Source: Lytechinus pictus
Lineage: Eukaryota
Reading direction: 5' to 3'
Assembly (NCBI RefSeq): GCF_037042905.1
Contig: NC_087251.1
Span: forward strand, 34,164,001 to 34,228,000
DNA: 64,000 nt
Shown here: positions 12,993 to 26,671 of the stretch, in pieces
How positions within the stretch are numbered: position 1 is the first letter of the stretch
Layout of the letters: each line of letters starts with the position of its first letter
Program-made: the position numbers and the translations under genes
The notes under the pieces: generated by a model
The model's database searches: none
What the model was told of the DNA's origin: nothing
Seen by the model: the letters and a program-made list of their open reading frames with translations, nothing else

Positions 12993-15900
12993 TATACTGT
13001 ACCAAAATATGTTTAATTATATACACGTAAGACATTTTAATGGTCATTTGACAATTGACTACGTACAAACTCATTTTCAAATTTTTACAACTCGCATCGA
13101 GGCTATGTTCACCACTGCTTTTGCTCTGGTGGTATGGGCTGTTTTGTCCAACAAGGCCAAAAGCTGTGAATGTTAGGGTCCAGAAAGGATAGGAATAAAA
13201 ATGGGGGGGGTAGTCTTTTTCTTATTGTACATATGTACACAAAACAATAAGAGGTTGTTTTCAATACTCAAGTAAATTTCATACTTGTAGTTAACGTCAG
13301 TTCCAATTGACAATTGGGTCGACTACAGTTTGGAAATTTATTAGACCTTTTTCCCACATAAATCTGCTAATGGTATGTATGGTCTCATCATTAAGGCCAT
13401 TTCCCATGCTGTATGTACAATATGTTGTACCTGTCTAAACTTTGAACATACATGTAACAAGAATTTGTACAGAAATTTGAAGGACAGTGAACAGGAAGAG
13501 CCCTTCCTGCTCTGGAACACTCTTATGTAATCAATGTCTTTCCTGAGAATGCACTACAATATGTATGTAGGCCTAAGTTGTCCATGTTATCCTCCTATTC
13601 AAATGTCCAATTCGCCAGGCTTTCAAGCCACTCACATTCATAAATCAAATGAGAAATCATATAATGTAATGAATACATAAACTGCAAAAATAATCAATGA
13701 TACACATGGGAAATTCTTCAATTTTAAATGTACACTGCAGAAATTATCTTGACCAAAGCTCAAATTTTTATTTTAAACTCTTTTTCCTAAAATAATAATT
13801 CACTGCATATACATGTACCTGTACATGTTTTGGTGTTTTTTTTTTTTTGAGGGGTGGACATGAAAATTAGTGTTTGTCATTTCTAATTTCAATAATTTCA
13901 ATGAAAAGTACTTTCTAGCGAGTATACACATGAAATGACAAAAACTAGAGTGAAGAATATGATCAGTGCTCTATTCTGAGCAATGCAATGCCATGTTTTA
14001 GAAACATGTCATGCAAAACCTGTTACAACTATAATCCATGGGCTGTCATAGTAGCAATCTCTCAGACAGCCTGATGTTCTGACTTCATCATGAGTAATAC
14101 AACATTGATCAGCAGTGTCTAATACCAATTGACAAGATAAAACAGTACCCCATTTTGCAATGGGAAAGAAGCTTCATTTTTCAGGAATTGGGATTTCAAG
14201 TTTTCAAACATTTCATGGTATATACCAGACCAAAGAAATGTTTATTATTATTATTTATTTATATTTTTGGTGCCGACTCTTCACAACCTTACCTACAGCC
14301 TTAATAATCTGCAACGTATAAGCTTTAAACACTGTGGTGAATGGTGATTTTTTCTGGGGCTCTTTTTCATTTTCTATGGCTCTTTTGAAGCTTTTCAGGG
14401 GCAAAATTGTCTTTCCCCTGTGGTACATAATGTATACATGCATGGAGAAATACATGTGAGAATACTGAATGTTAAAGGCCAGGCTGTAAAACAGCCTCCT
14501 TTTGACAATGGAAGGTCTTTACATACATTAAACTCTGTAGTATTACTGATAATCAATTGAATGTTTAGAAGGTGGCAGGTAATTTCTCAACTCCTGAAAG
14601 GAAAAAAAAATGCAAAAAATATCCACAGTGTATTGGGTGTGGAACAGCATACACAGGTGTATTTATATATACAAGAATATGAAAACTTGAGGAAGGTGGA
14701 TATCTTTCACAGACCTACCATTTTTCAGAAATGAAGATTTAATAGTGATAAATTTTAGCAGAAACAAAAAATATTTGAAATACCCGTACTATCATTGCAT
14801 AAAAGTAGGCCTACATGTACATATAGCAAATGTCTTCAGAATTATGCATGCAATTCAGCACGCTGCATTACTTACTCTTTGATGTCCTGTCCAAAATAAA
14901 ATAAGTAGGACTTTACCTTTACATGTAATATACATGTATGTATATGTACGATTTGCATTTTCCTTAATATATGCACGGACTGTATCGGAAATACGTGTAC
15001 TGTTGTACCGGTAGTCCTTGGTTGATATTGATGGTAACAGTATTAATGCATGCAATGTACACGTAAGGAATACAATTCAAGTTTGGCTCATTTTGGCCAT
15101 TTAACTCATATCTTGACCTCTACAAAATGAAATTTCTTACTTGTACAAGTTATAATAGCAATAATACCATTAAATAATAAATGTGTTTACATTGTTTATA
15201 TGAAAGATAGACTGTGAGGCAAAAAATAAAATACATGAAGTAAAAAATCTCTACTTGAACCCAATCCAAAAGTAAAAATTCTCAATTCAAGTCTTCTATT
15301 TCATCATTACCATACATAGGCCTATTCGCATGTACATGTATCTGGAAAATATATTTTTTTTAAAGACCCAACAAAACGTGGGTAGCGGCAACCATCTTAA
15401 AACATATCAACGATGCCCATATTGTGTCTCTGTCACACACTTGAGTGCATGGCTCATACTGACAGTGTGTGCATACACACACTCACACCAATCATGAATT
15501 ATTCACCCTTACCATCAGCAAATGTGCCTGTAATCAATTAGCATGTTAAGGACATTTTGTCAGCAGCCTAGCCCAATTGTTTTACATTGAAGGCAGTAAG
15601 TCCCTCTGGTAAAGAATTAATTCATTTAATAATGGACCCCTCTTTGTTGGGGGTCTCTAATTAGAAAAGAAAGCAGAAATGGTGTTTGCATAATTACATG
15701 TATGTGCATTCAACAGTTCAAGTACAGGTTTAATACTTTCTGTACAATGGAAGTGGTATACCACAGGTTCTACAATGATTACGAGCAGTGTACAACATGT
15801 ACCAAGTACTAGTACTTTCAAATTTATATAAGTTAGGATTACAATCTAAACTCTTTTTAATGCATGTGATTAAATCTGGAAAAAAAATCGTCAGTGAGAT

Positions 15901-16038
15901 ACCCCCAAAATACTGTATACACTGAGGCCTATACATCTACATGTACTGTATGTACATGAAAAATCTACTGAATACCGGTACTGAACTTCACAACATGTAC
16001 ACATTGAAATTAACAAAAAAAAAAGAAAGATGTATTAA

Positions 16039-16640
16039 AGGGATGGTCCAGGCTGAAAATATTTATATCTAAATAAAGAGTAAAATTCACAGAGCAAAAT
16101 GCTGAAAATTTCATCAAAATCGGATAACACATAACGAAGTTACTGAATTTTAAAGTTTATAAATATTTTGTGAAAACGTTTATATACACATCATCATGAA
16201 TATTCATTAGGTGGGCTGATGATGTCACATCCCCACTTTCCTTTTCCTTATGTTATTACATGAAATCATAAATGTTTCATTTTTTCATACATGTGCAAAT
16301 GATGTGTTTCCATTATGATGAAATAAGTTGCGGCAATAAATATTTAATGCACTTAATCAGTTGTCAATCCAGTTGTTTTAGTTCTAAGAAGAACATTTTT
16401 GAATAAACCTAATTTCATATAATAAAATACAAAAGAACAAGTGGGGATATGACATAATCAGCCCACCTAATGAATATTCACAAAGACATGCCTAGAACTG
16501 TTTCAACGGAATAATGCAAATATTTAAAGTTCAATAACTTTGTTATTTGTTATCCGATTTTAATCAAATTTTCAGCATTTTGCTCTGTGAATTTTACTCT
16601 ATTTATTGAGATAGAAATATCTCTAGCCTGGACCAACCCT
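16039..16640. mobile_element. Kolobok-type MITE, family A (AGGGATGGTCC ends)
   Basis: TTAA|AGGGATGGTCCAGGCT...AGCCTGGACCAACCCT|TTAA; long internal inverted repeats. Confidence 0.88.
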
Positions 16641-17162
16641 TTAAGTATTCAAATTTCTATATTATCTAGAATGCTGAATTCAATCTACATGTATATTGCG
16701 GAACAACATAATTCTAAAAACATAAGAAAAATGCATCTCATGTTTCTACCCTCAATTATCCACATGTGTTGTATTTCATTTCACAAAAAAAAAATAAACA
16801 CATTCAAGCTCTTTTTCATGAACAAACCTCTTCACTACAAGTATGTGTGGGTGTAATGAGCTTTAATACAGTCACTGGTTACCATGCAAATTTCATAGAT
16901 CTACATTTCCTTATTGGAAATCTAACCTTACTGCTATAATATCACAAGCTTAGATATCCTCATTTCAAACTCCGTGAAGCGCCCCTGGAAATTTATTCAA
17001 GATTCTCATAATGTATTAACACATGCTATATGTTGCATTGAAATAATAAATAATAGCTCCATTATTTTTCCTTTTGGAATGTGAACTTTGTGATAATCAG
17101 ACTTTTTACTGAAGGAGAAAGCTAACTCTATCTGAAGTTGAAGCAAACCTCAAGAAGTTTAT

Positions 17163-17595
17163 GACACCGTTCTCACTACCTTCCTAAAACTAGTTTAACG
17201 TGTAGTGAGAATGGTTGAAGGGATCTTGGAAGCGATCTTCCAAACCGGTTCAGAAAACCACCTAGCGATGTAGTTTTAAAATCGCTTTGCCTCGTTAAAC
17301 TGGTTTTACCATAAGTGAGGACACAACCGTTCTTCGGGAAGCGATCTTCGCACATTTTGAGCGCGCTACTGCACACGACAGGTGTAGAATGTCTACGTTG
17401 CGGCTTCGAATTTCGCACAAAATGTGTCACCCCACTGAGAGCATTTCCATAGCAACAAGATCACTTTACGTGTCTACGTGAAGTGATTTTGAAAAACACT
17501 TTCATGTAGGAATGCTAGCGAAGAGATCTTCCAAACTGGTTTCCTGAATTGGTTTCCAGTAAACTTGTTTTAGAAAGCGTAATGAGAACGGCCTC
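17163..17595. mobile_element. TIR MITE (possibly PIF/Harbinger)
   Basis: ~35-bp imperfect TIR ccgttctca.tac..t.ctaaaac.agttt. Confidence 0.65.
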
Positions 17596-17659
17596 AAAGT
17601 GAACAAATATTTTTGGAAAAAGTAATTACATTCAAGGTGATTTTTTTAAATATCATATC

Positions 17660-18149
17660 ATTGCAATTTTGACATTTTAAAATTTAGCAATATTTTGTGA
17701 AAACAGTCTTCATGAATATTCATTAGGTGGGCTGATGATGTCACATCTCCACTTGTTCTTTTGTATGTTATTATATGAAATTAGGTTTATTCAAATTTTT
17801 TCCTCCAAGAACTAGAAAAATTAGATTGACAACTGATTTAGTGCATTAGATATTTATTGCTGCAACTAATTTCATTATAAGGGAGACATATTATTCACAC
17901 AAGTATGAAATAATGAAAAAAAAATGATTTTATGTAATAACATAAGAAAACGGAAAGTGGAGATGTGACATCATCAGCCCACCTAATGAATATTCATGAC
18001 GACTGTTTTTACGAAATATTGCTAAACTTTAAACTTCAATAACTTTATTATTTGTTATCTGATTTTGATGAAATTTTCGGCATTTTGCTCAATGAATTCT
18101 ACTCTATGTATTATTAAAGATATAAATATTTTCAGCCCGGACCATCCCT
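17660..18149. mobile_element. Kolobok-type MITE family A, left end missing
   Basis: Homologous to 16039-16640; ends CCCGGACCATCCCT|TTAA. Confidence 0.8.
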
Positions 18150-19790
18150 TTAAGGTATTCCACTCATACACCGTAATCTGGTGACTTTAATACCAAGGCC
18201 TACTCTTTCAAACCGTATCGATCACCCATAATTTTACTAAAACTTATTCAGGCCTCGAAATATCCAATAATTATTTTCCGCATTCGTACCCACCTGATCC
18301 AGACCCTTCTGGGGTACGGTAAGTTCCTGAAGATACAAGAATGCACTGTAAGTTCTGAGTAGCAGACCTAGCATGCCATTCAAACTCCCTGGCTCAGTGA
18401 CTCCTGTGCAGGGGAGGAGGGGGGGGGGGGCTGTTGTTGCTTATGAAATGCGAGACTAAGAACGAGATTGCAGTCTGCATATACAGGAGTGCTTGAGAAC
18501 TGGAAATTTACATGAAATGGGGTTTTGAGAAATACATGTGTATCTAGCAACGCATTGTAAGGAGAACCAAAGCTCACATACAAATTTCGTGCACATCCAC
18601 GATAGGGCGATTTAGTGCTCGTTGTCATTGGCACTGGATCTTTTAATATTTGGGGAGATCAAGCTGTAAAACCAGAGAACAAGAGATTTCGATAGCGTAT
18701 CTTAGGAACAGGAGAGAACGGGTTATTCAGTGAAAAGGGTGAAAATGATACATGTATGAATGCTTGGGAAAAGCTGGAGAGAGGTAAAATATTGCCATTA
18801 TATGTGAGTACCCCCCCCCACCCCCCCTGGTTCCTGTGCCCAGCATACTCACTGGATGGGAAAGTTTTCATAATTTGATTTCACTCTGCGAGAATACCCA
18901 AAACCTTGAGAAAATCCCTGCCCTGAGATAGTTCTTGTAATTTTGAAAGTACCTGTATGTACCGAGTGTATTTTCTTTCAGGAATATTTCAAGTAATTTG
19001 CTTTCACACTGCCAAAAACAGCTGGTACTTTGTGATTGATGTAGAATATCAGAGTAAATTTGTCAATCTTAAAATGCCTGGTATTCTCTTTTTTTTTTTA
19101 TCGGTTTGAAATCACATAATTCACATTTTCAAATAGTTTGGTCATAGTCTACAGGTATGCCATACTTTGAACATGGCAAGAAACTTTCATGGGGGACGAA
19201 TGAGACCATCGAATGAGACCATCAAACGATGATCACCAATGTCATCCATCACGATATTGCCACCATACAGGAAATGAACTATCACTATCAGTGATAAGAA
19301 TATTGATATCATAATACTAAAAACATTCTAAGGAAAATGTTACAGGTGAAGGATGTCTGCATGAGCACTACATATTTGCAATACAGGTACATGCTCTATA
19401 CACAAACACTCTGAAAGAGTGAGAGAGTACCGCTCTTGTGAGTAATACATGTGGGAAATGACATGATTAAAATCGCCTCCGTACAAGTGTATCCACACTG
19501 GAGATTGGGAAAAGAAAGGGAGACAAAACGGTGGAAGTCTATCAATCATCGGAAGGTCAAAGACACCCAGGTTTCTTCTCTCATACCCTCTCTCTCTCAT
19601 TCTTTCTAGGCAGCGTGAAAAACAATGATGGGTTACGCCCGATGAATAGTGGGGTAATTCACTGGGAATTAACTTCAATTATCCATACAGGTGTGAGAGT
19701 GCATGCTACGTACATGTACAGATAACCATGTTAAGACTCAATGTGCATGTACATGTATGCATTACCTGCATACAATGCAGAATATAGTAA

Positions 19791-20376
19791 AGGAGAATGA
19801 AACCTTTAGAACAATATAGCTTGTGTGAAAACAGACAAATCAAAGAAACAGATCAACAAAAGTTTGAGAAAAATCGGACAAATAATGAGAAAGTTATGAG
19901 CATTTGAATATTGCAATCACTAATGCTATGGAGATCCTCAAATTGGCAATGCGACAAAGATGCGTGATGTCACTTGTGAACAACTCTCCCTATTACTTTA
20001 ATATATATTTCACTTGAATTGTCTCTTTTATCACATCTATCAGTAGATCATGTATTCTTTTTATAGGAGGGCATGTAATACAGATTTTTAAAGAATACAT
20101 CATGGATAAAGAGTTTGTATCACCATAAGAAAAAGCAAAAAGAGACATTTTGAGGGTATTTTATAGTCCATCAAAGGGACAGTTGTTCACATGTGACATC
20201 ACACATCCTTGTCGCATTGCCAATGGGAGGATCTCCATAGCATTAGTGATTGCAATATTCAAATGATCATAACTTTCTCATTGTTTGTCCGATTTTTCTC
20301 AATACTTTCTTTTTTCTTATTCTTTGATTTTTCTGTTTCGACACGAGCCTACTTGTTCTAAATGTTTCATTTCCCT
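19791..20376. mobile_element. Kolobok-type MITE, family B (AGGAGAATGAAAC ends)
   Basis: gTAA|AGGAGAATGAAAC...GTTTCATTTCCCT|TTAA; internal inverted repeats. Confidence 0.85.
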
Positions 20377-20638
20377 TTAACTATAAAGAATCAGCAGCAA
20401 AAGACAATTGATCTACTAGAATTTACTGATTGAATATTAGGCCTAAGCCAGACTCATTGGGCCACCAGGGCCTGACCAATGCTGACAGTCAATGGGGCAA
20501 TTTCCTAGACCTATGGACAAAAGGAATTTGTAGAATAAATAAAAAATTAAGTGTCAAATAACCAGAGTAAAAATGAAATTAAAGTGGTAATGGAAATAAC
20601 AATATTGTACAGGAATACAAGAAACAAGATAGAGTTAA

Positions 20639-21207
20639 AGGAGAATGAAACCTTTGGAACAAGATAACTTGTGTGAAAACAGAAAAAATCAAAGAAACAG
20701 ATCAACGAAAGTTTGAGAAAAATCGAACAAATAATGAAAAAGTAATGAGCATTTGAATATTGCGATCACTAATGCTATGGAGATCCTCACATTGGCAATG
20801 CGACAAAGATGTGTGATGTCACTTGTGAACAACTCTCCCCATTACTTTAGTACAGTATATATTTCACTTAAACTGCCTCTCTTATCACATCTACCAGTAT
20901 CAGTATATCATGTGTTCTTTCTATAGGAGGGCATGTAATATAGATTTTAAAGAATACATCATGGATAAAGAGTTTGTATTACCATAAGAAAAATAAACAT
21001 TTTGGGGGTATTTTATAGTCCATCAAAGGGAAAGTTTTTCACATGTGACATCACACATCCTTGCCGCATTGCCAATGTGAGGATCTCCATAGCATTAGTG
21101 ATTGCAATATCATTATTTGTCAGATTTTTCTCAAACTTTCTTTGTTCTTATTCTTTGATTTTTCTGTTTCGACACAAGCCTAATTGTTCAAAAGGTTTCA
21201 TTCCCCT
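20639..21207. mobile_element. Kolobok-type MITE family B, second copy
   Basis: TTAA|AGGAGAATGAAACC...GGTTTCATTCCCCT|TTAA; colinear with 19791-20376. Confidence 0.88.
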
Positions 21208-21721
21208 TTAACATTTAAGTCGTGATTTCTAATGAAACATGCTGAGAAATAGTTTGGCATTTTGTCATTTTTCTTGCTTCTTATGGCTAATAACACATTG
21301 GGGGTTTTAATATAAAATTGGCCTTTATATCTTTAACTACTTAAGTCAATATTCATGAGAATCCTTTCCTAGTAAATTGTGAATATTTTGCTAGGCCCAT
21401 GCATTGTGTGATTTGGGAGTAATCATATTTAAAAGTTTTCTACAGTCCTATTACAGGGAATATCTGAAATCTGTAAAAATTCTTTACAGTACTCAGCGAA
21501 ACATAAAGAAATTAAATGTCATTTGATCGAAATTCATTCAAGCAGGCCATCCCACATATGTACAGTACACAGGTATAGGCCTATAGCATCAGACAAACTG
21601 TATCATTCATACAATGTACATAAACTTGGTCTGTATTAAGGGCGTGGTGTACTGTACAAGACCTTTTTTTCATCATCAAGAACATTGCTTGATATATAGT
21701 GTACCTAAAACAATAACACTG

Positions 21722-22762
21722 AACAAAAGCGGAACGCCTCTGGCAGTCTCGTCTACATTATGCGATTCGATATACTGTATCAGCAGTGCTGACAGTGACT
21801 TTGAAAACAGCTATGGAATAATTATTCACAAAAGAGAACATTAATAATATAATAAAATATTATGTCCATTGACCCAAAATGACCTTTCACCATGATCATG
21901 TGACCTACATGTAAAACATGTGCAAAACAATCATTCATACTTGATACTGTATGTCTATGTTTCGCGAACTAGATCTAAGTTATGATGCCAACAACAAATA
22001 CCCCCAACTCGGCCGGAGTTCATTGACCTTTAATGACCTTTGATCTTGGTCATATGACCTGAAACATGCACAGGATATTCATGGATATATGGTTGCTCTT
22101 ATGTCCAAGTTTCATGAATTAGATCCATAAACTTTTAAAGTTATGATGACCATTCCACAAACACCCCCAACATTGCCAAAGTTCATTGACCCTAAATGAC
22201 CTTTGACCTTGGTCATGTGACCTGAATCTCGCACAGGACGTTCAGGGATACTTGATTGCTCTTTATGTCCAAGTTACATGAACTACATGTACATGTATTG
22301 TATGATGACAATTCGTCAAATACCCCCAACATGGCCAAAGTTTGTTGACCCTAAGTGACCTTTGACATTAGTCACGTGACCTGAAACTCAGACAGGATCT
22401 TCAAAGATACACCATTACCCCTATGTCTAAGTTTCATGAACTAGGCCCAAATACTTTCTAAGTTATAATGACAGTTTCGAATTCTTAACCTTGGTTAAGC
22501 TTTCGATATTGATTCCCCCAACATGGTCTAAGTTCATTGACCCAAAATTACCTTTGACCTTGGTCATGTGACCTGAAACTCAGACAGGATATTCAACTAC
22601 TTGATTACCCTTATCTCCAAGTTTCATGTACAAGGTCCATGTACTTTCTAAGTTATGATGACATTTCAAAACTTAACCTTGGTTAAGATTTCAATGGTGA
22701 CGACGGTGGCGGCCACCGTCGCAAAAGCAAGCCTATAGTCTCGCTCTGCTATGCAAACGAGT
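21722..22762 (-). mobile_element. Helentron-type non-autonomous element (HINE/DINE-1-like) with ~140-nt internal tandem repeats
   Basis: About six units of gacctttgaccttggtcatgtgacctgaaac; reverse complement of 50747-51606; head fragment also at 23914-24120. Confidence 0.75.
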
Positions 22763-25362
22763 GTTTCTGAATATTTATGATTTCTCTAATCGCCTTTGCA
22801 ATTAACCCAATATCAATTCAGCATTTCAAGATTACTTGAAACAAGTTTAACAAGTTTAATAATATAGTTTAAATGTTCAATGAATGGATCACTGTTTTAC
22901 TAAAATATACAATGAAATAATTCCTTATTCTTACTTTACAAGTAAGTTAGTTGTAATACATGTAGCATGTGTTGTATTTTTTTTTACTGATAAATACTAA
23001 AACTAAAGAACACACTATAATAATTCATGTCTGTACATAACACTTAGCTCCATTCAATGAGTCATAAAACATGCTGCAAGTGTACATCACCAGCAGTGCA
23101 AGCACACAAACTTTGACAACATTTTGAGCATTGAAGTGTATGTCATTTAACAAGTGTCAGCTCTGTGCATCAAATATTAGTACAATGAAGCTCAACTAAT
23201 CCCTTTATGATCTAAATAAAGAGAGAAAAAATTAAGTTGCAAATGTGCAGCTATTCATAATAATTTTGAACAGGTGATATTTATTCATTTCTTGTAATAC
23301 ATGTATGTAAGTCATCAGTGTCTACAATGGCTCCCATAAACTGATAACCAAATCATAAAAAACAACTGCCATCAGGCAAGGGGCCTTGATTCGTATCTTT
23401 TCATGGAGGGGGGGGGCAAGAAATGTAACAAATACATGTACATGTATGGAGGGCTGCACGGCATCACCCTTAGAATAGAAATATGCAAATAGTAGGAAAA
23501 TGAGTGATCAAGCAATTAAATTTACTGCTTTTAACTAGAAAATACTAGACATTTTTAATCTCTGTTAAAGAGGTAATTACAGTGAAGAGGCATTTTAGAA
23601 ATCAAACTGAACTGTTCAAACCTAAAAACAATATACATTTATACAAAAGAAAATGGCACAAGTAAACATGAGAACACAGCGACCAGACAAAAAATTATTT
23701 TCATTTTTTGTTTCGGGGGCTACTTTTCAGAACTTACTGCCAAAATCTGCAGTAAGTTTTAACATTACAATGTATGAGGATTTCCAGGGCTCCTTTTTTC
23801 AGTTTCAAGGGCTCTTTTGAGCCTCTTTTGAGCATTTTGAGGGCTAAATCGCCCTCAATCCCCACATAATTTTTCCCTGACAGAGACCAAGCAATCAAAG
23901 TCATACTTTAAAAAACAAGTGGAGCGCCTCTGGCAGTTCGCCTGCATTACGCGAATCAATATAGCAGCAGTGAAGACTTTGAAAATGACTATAAAATAAT
24001 TATTCACAAAAAAACACCATTCATATAATATGCTACTACATGTACGTTCATTGACCCTAAATGACATTTGATCTTGATCAAGTGACCTACGGCTTGTGCA
24101 AGATGAGCAATGATACTGGATTACTCTAATGTCCACAGGACTAATGTCCACAGGACCAATGTGTGTGCCAAATTTCATTAGAATTGGTTAAAAAACCAAG
24201 GAAGTAGTTTGAAACAAGATTATCTAATTTTTGCCATAATATACATGTACTGTGTCTTCACTATGGCAACACAATTTCCAAAACATGTGAAAAATGTGTC
24301 TTACAACCCCAAGACCAATGTGTGTTCCAAATTTCCTGAGAATTGAGGAAGTAGTTCAAAGCACAAGGTTTGCAACGGAGTCATGACCGCCCGCCCGAAT
24401 GAACGAGTGACCATGCACTTTCCCACATACCCCTTTCAAACTTTGAAGGAAAAAAAATTAATGAAAGGCACTGTAGAACCCTTTAAAACGATTCCTTGGT
24501 GTTAAAAATATAGGAAAATACAGGAAAAATTAAGTCTTGCTTTTTCTTATTTTGTCTTCTTTTTTTCCTCCAGAGCATACAGTACATGTAGATACTCAAC
24601 CTGGAAGCATTGAACCGATATGGAACATGATGTTTAATTCATACATGTATAGTCCCAATATTTAAAGTTTTCATCCATAATATAGTTTGTTTAATACCTT
24701 TGTTTAATATGATCCTTATCTAAATACAGACCCTGTGCTACTTAATAATGATTTCCCATACACCATGAATGTCTTACACAAATGCGTGTATGTAGCTATG
24801 GAAGGCGATAAATTCCATAAAACCTTAAAAACCCTCATCAGGGTTCAATCAACAAGCAGTTTTACTATGCACGTACAGTAGTTTCTCTCTGTACGAAGAG
24901 CAAAAAAACTACTGATTAGGGTTTGTGATGTACATGTACCCTGCACGTGCCATAGTTTCTCTCTGCACAAACATAAAAAATCTATTGTTCAAAGGTTTTA
25001 CTCTGCATGTGCGGTAGTTTCTCTCTGCATGAACAGAAGTACCACTGATCAGTGGATTCTATCTATGTGCGAGAATATTCTCGCTGCAAGGAATGGACAC
25101 ATTATCGATGCAGCCAGATAGATGAGCAAACGCTGTCGCATTATTCTGCGCATTTCATATTTAAATTTACGGTGTCCCCTACCAAATTAAAGTTTGCTCA
25201 GTAACACTTGGCAAAATCAAGGTGCCTGACTTTTATACTGAACCACCAAACTAATCCTTTGTGTTCGGAAGTGCCAAGTTGGCCAACTTCCATTCGGTTC
25301 AGCGGTTCGGCTACAGCATTACTTTTCATAAGGAATGATGGATCATGACAATCCCTCTCATT

Positions 25363-25619
25363 TCTATTATTTATTTCTACAACGATACTCAGCAGGATCC
25401 ATAAGTCAGGATGTAGTGCTAAGGAAATATCTTGGGTGCTCATCTGCAGTGTATACATTACTTGTTGGTGCTTTTAAAACATTGTGCTGTTTATGCAAGC
25501 AAAAATCTAGTTCCTTGGTTTAGATGTTGGTTGGAAGCACCCCCCCCCCCTTGAAGGCCTCCAATGAAGGGGCATCAAGGATGGTTTTGGGAAGCGCATT
25601 CCACGCAGTCATTGTCCTG
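25363..25619 (-). mobile_element. 3' end of a CR1-like LINE
   Basis: RTMTAWNALPKTILDAPSLEAFK C-terminal motif, 3' UTR and A-rich tail. Confidence 0.75.
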
Positions 25620-26671
25620 TAGCGTCCGTAACGTTGGGGAAGTACAATAAGAAACAAGATGGCGGCGTAAACATCGGGCAAGTCTCTTCCGTCTTTTCAC
25701 AATATTTTTTCATTTTTTTGATGAATTCTTGTTTTAAAAATAACAACGAGAGCGTAGAAATGTCGGAAATGAAGTTTTATCCCATGTACATGATTTAGAG
25801 CTAGATCTTTTAGAAGGAAAGTAGAAATCTCGGGGGTGAAAGTTTCAGGTTTTGGCTTCCTTTGTGTGGGTCTATGAGATAGAAGGCCTGGCTTCGTATG
25901 AGAGTAACCTTACGTTAGTAAATGATTTTTACTCTCTAGAAGCCGCCTGGCTAGTCTTGACTGCAGATAAAACGAGGTGAGTTCGAGTCCCAACTAAGGT
26001 AAGCAACAGTAAAAAATGATAGAAAAAATCTAAGGTGAACAAATCGGAAGTCTCAACAATCTTGTTATTTTTGGTGGGGGGTGCATATGCACTCACACGT
26101 ATTGCGAGGTTAGTAGTATACTAACCTCGCACCATGAACCGTGTTTGGCAGTGGATTTCTAACTAGTGGGTCGCGCGTGCTGGGATCTCACTTCTGGTGT
26201 CCACAACACACAACTTCTATGGCTTGATTTTTCTGTGCGCGGCGGCATGTAATGAACCCTTGGGTGGTGCATATGGAACTCTTTCCCAGCTTATTCTGCG
26301 GTCAAAGGTCATTTCCAACGCTCAGTGCACTGACTTACCATACACTTGTAAAAAAAATAATGCAGACTATTTCTGACATTGCGCAAATGACAACAGAGCC
26401 TCAGAGGCAGATCACTCAGCTGGACAATGCAAACACCACATACTACATAGCCATGGTTTTCAATTGTCTGGCTGGTGATCGTTGTTTTCCATTTAACAAA
26501 AGCCAAGGTGGCAGCGTATCCATCAGCCAATTTTTCTATGATCCATTCCTTTAAAATAAAATTTAGCATTTCACATATAAAAGTGATTTCAAAAGTTATT
26601 TTGTCAAAAAAAAACAACATGCAGATCGAACTTTTAAATTTTAACATCTGCTGGCAGGTAATGATTTTCCA

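Noticed and set aside
15355..15670. Cluster of TAAT/ATTA motifs as a possible enhancer
   Set aside because: Expected in AT-rich DNA; no conservation data available
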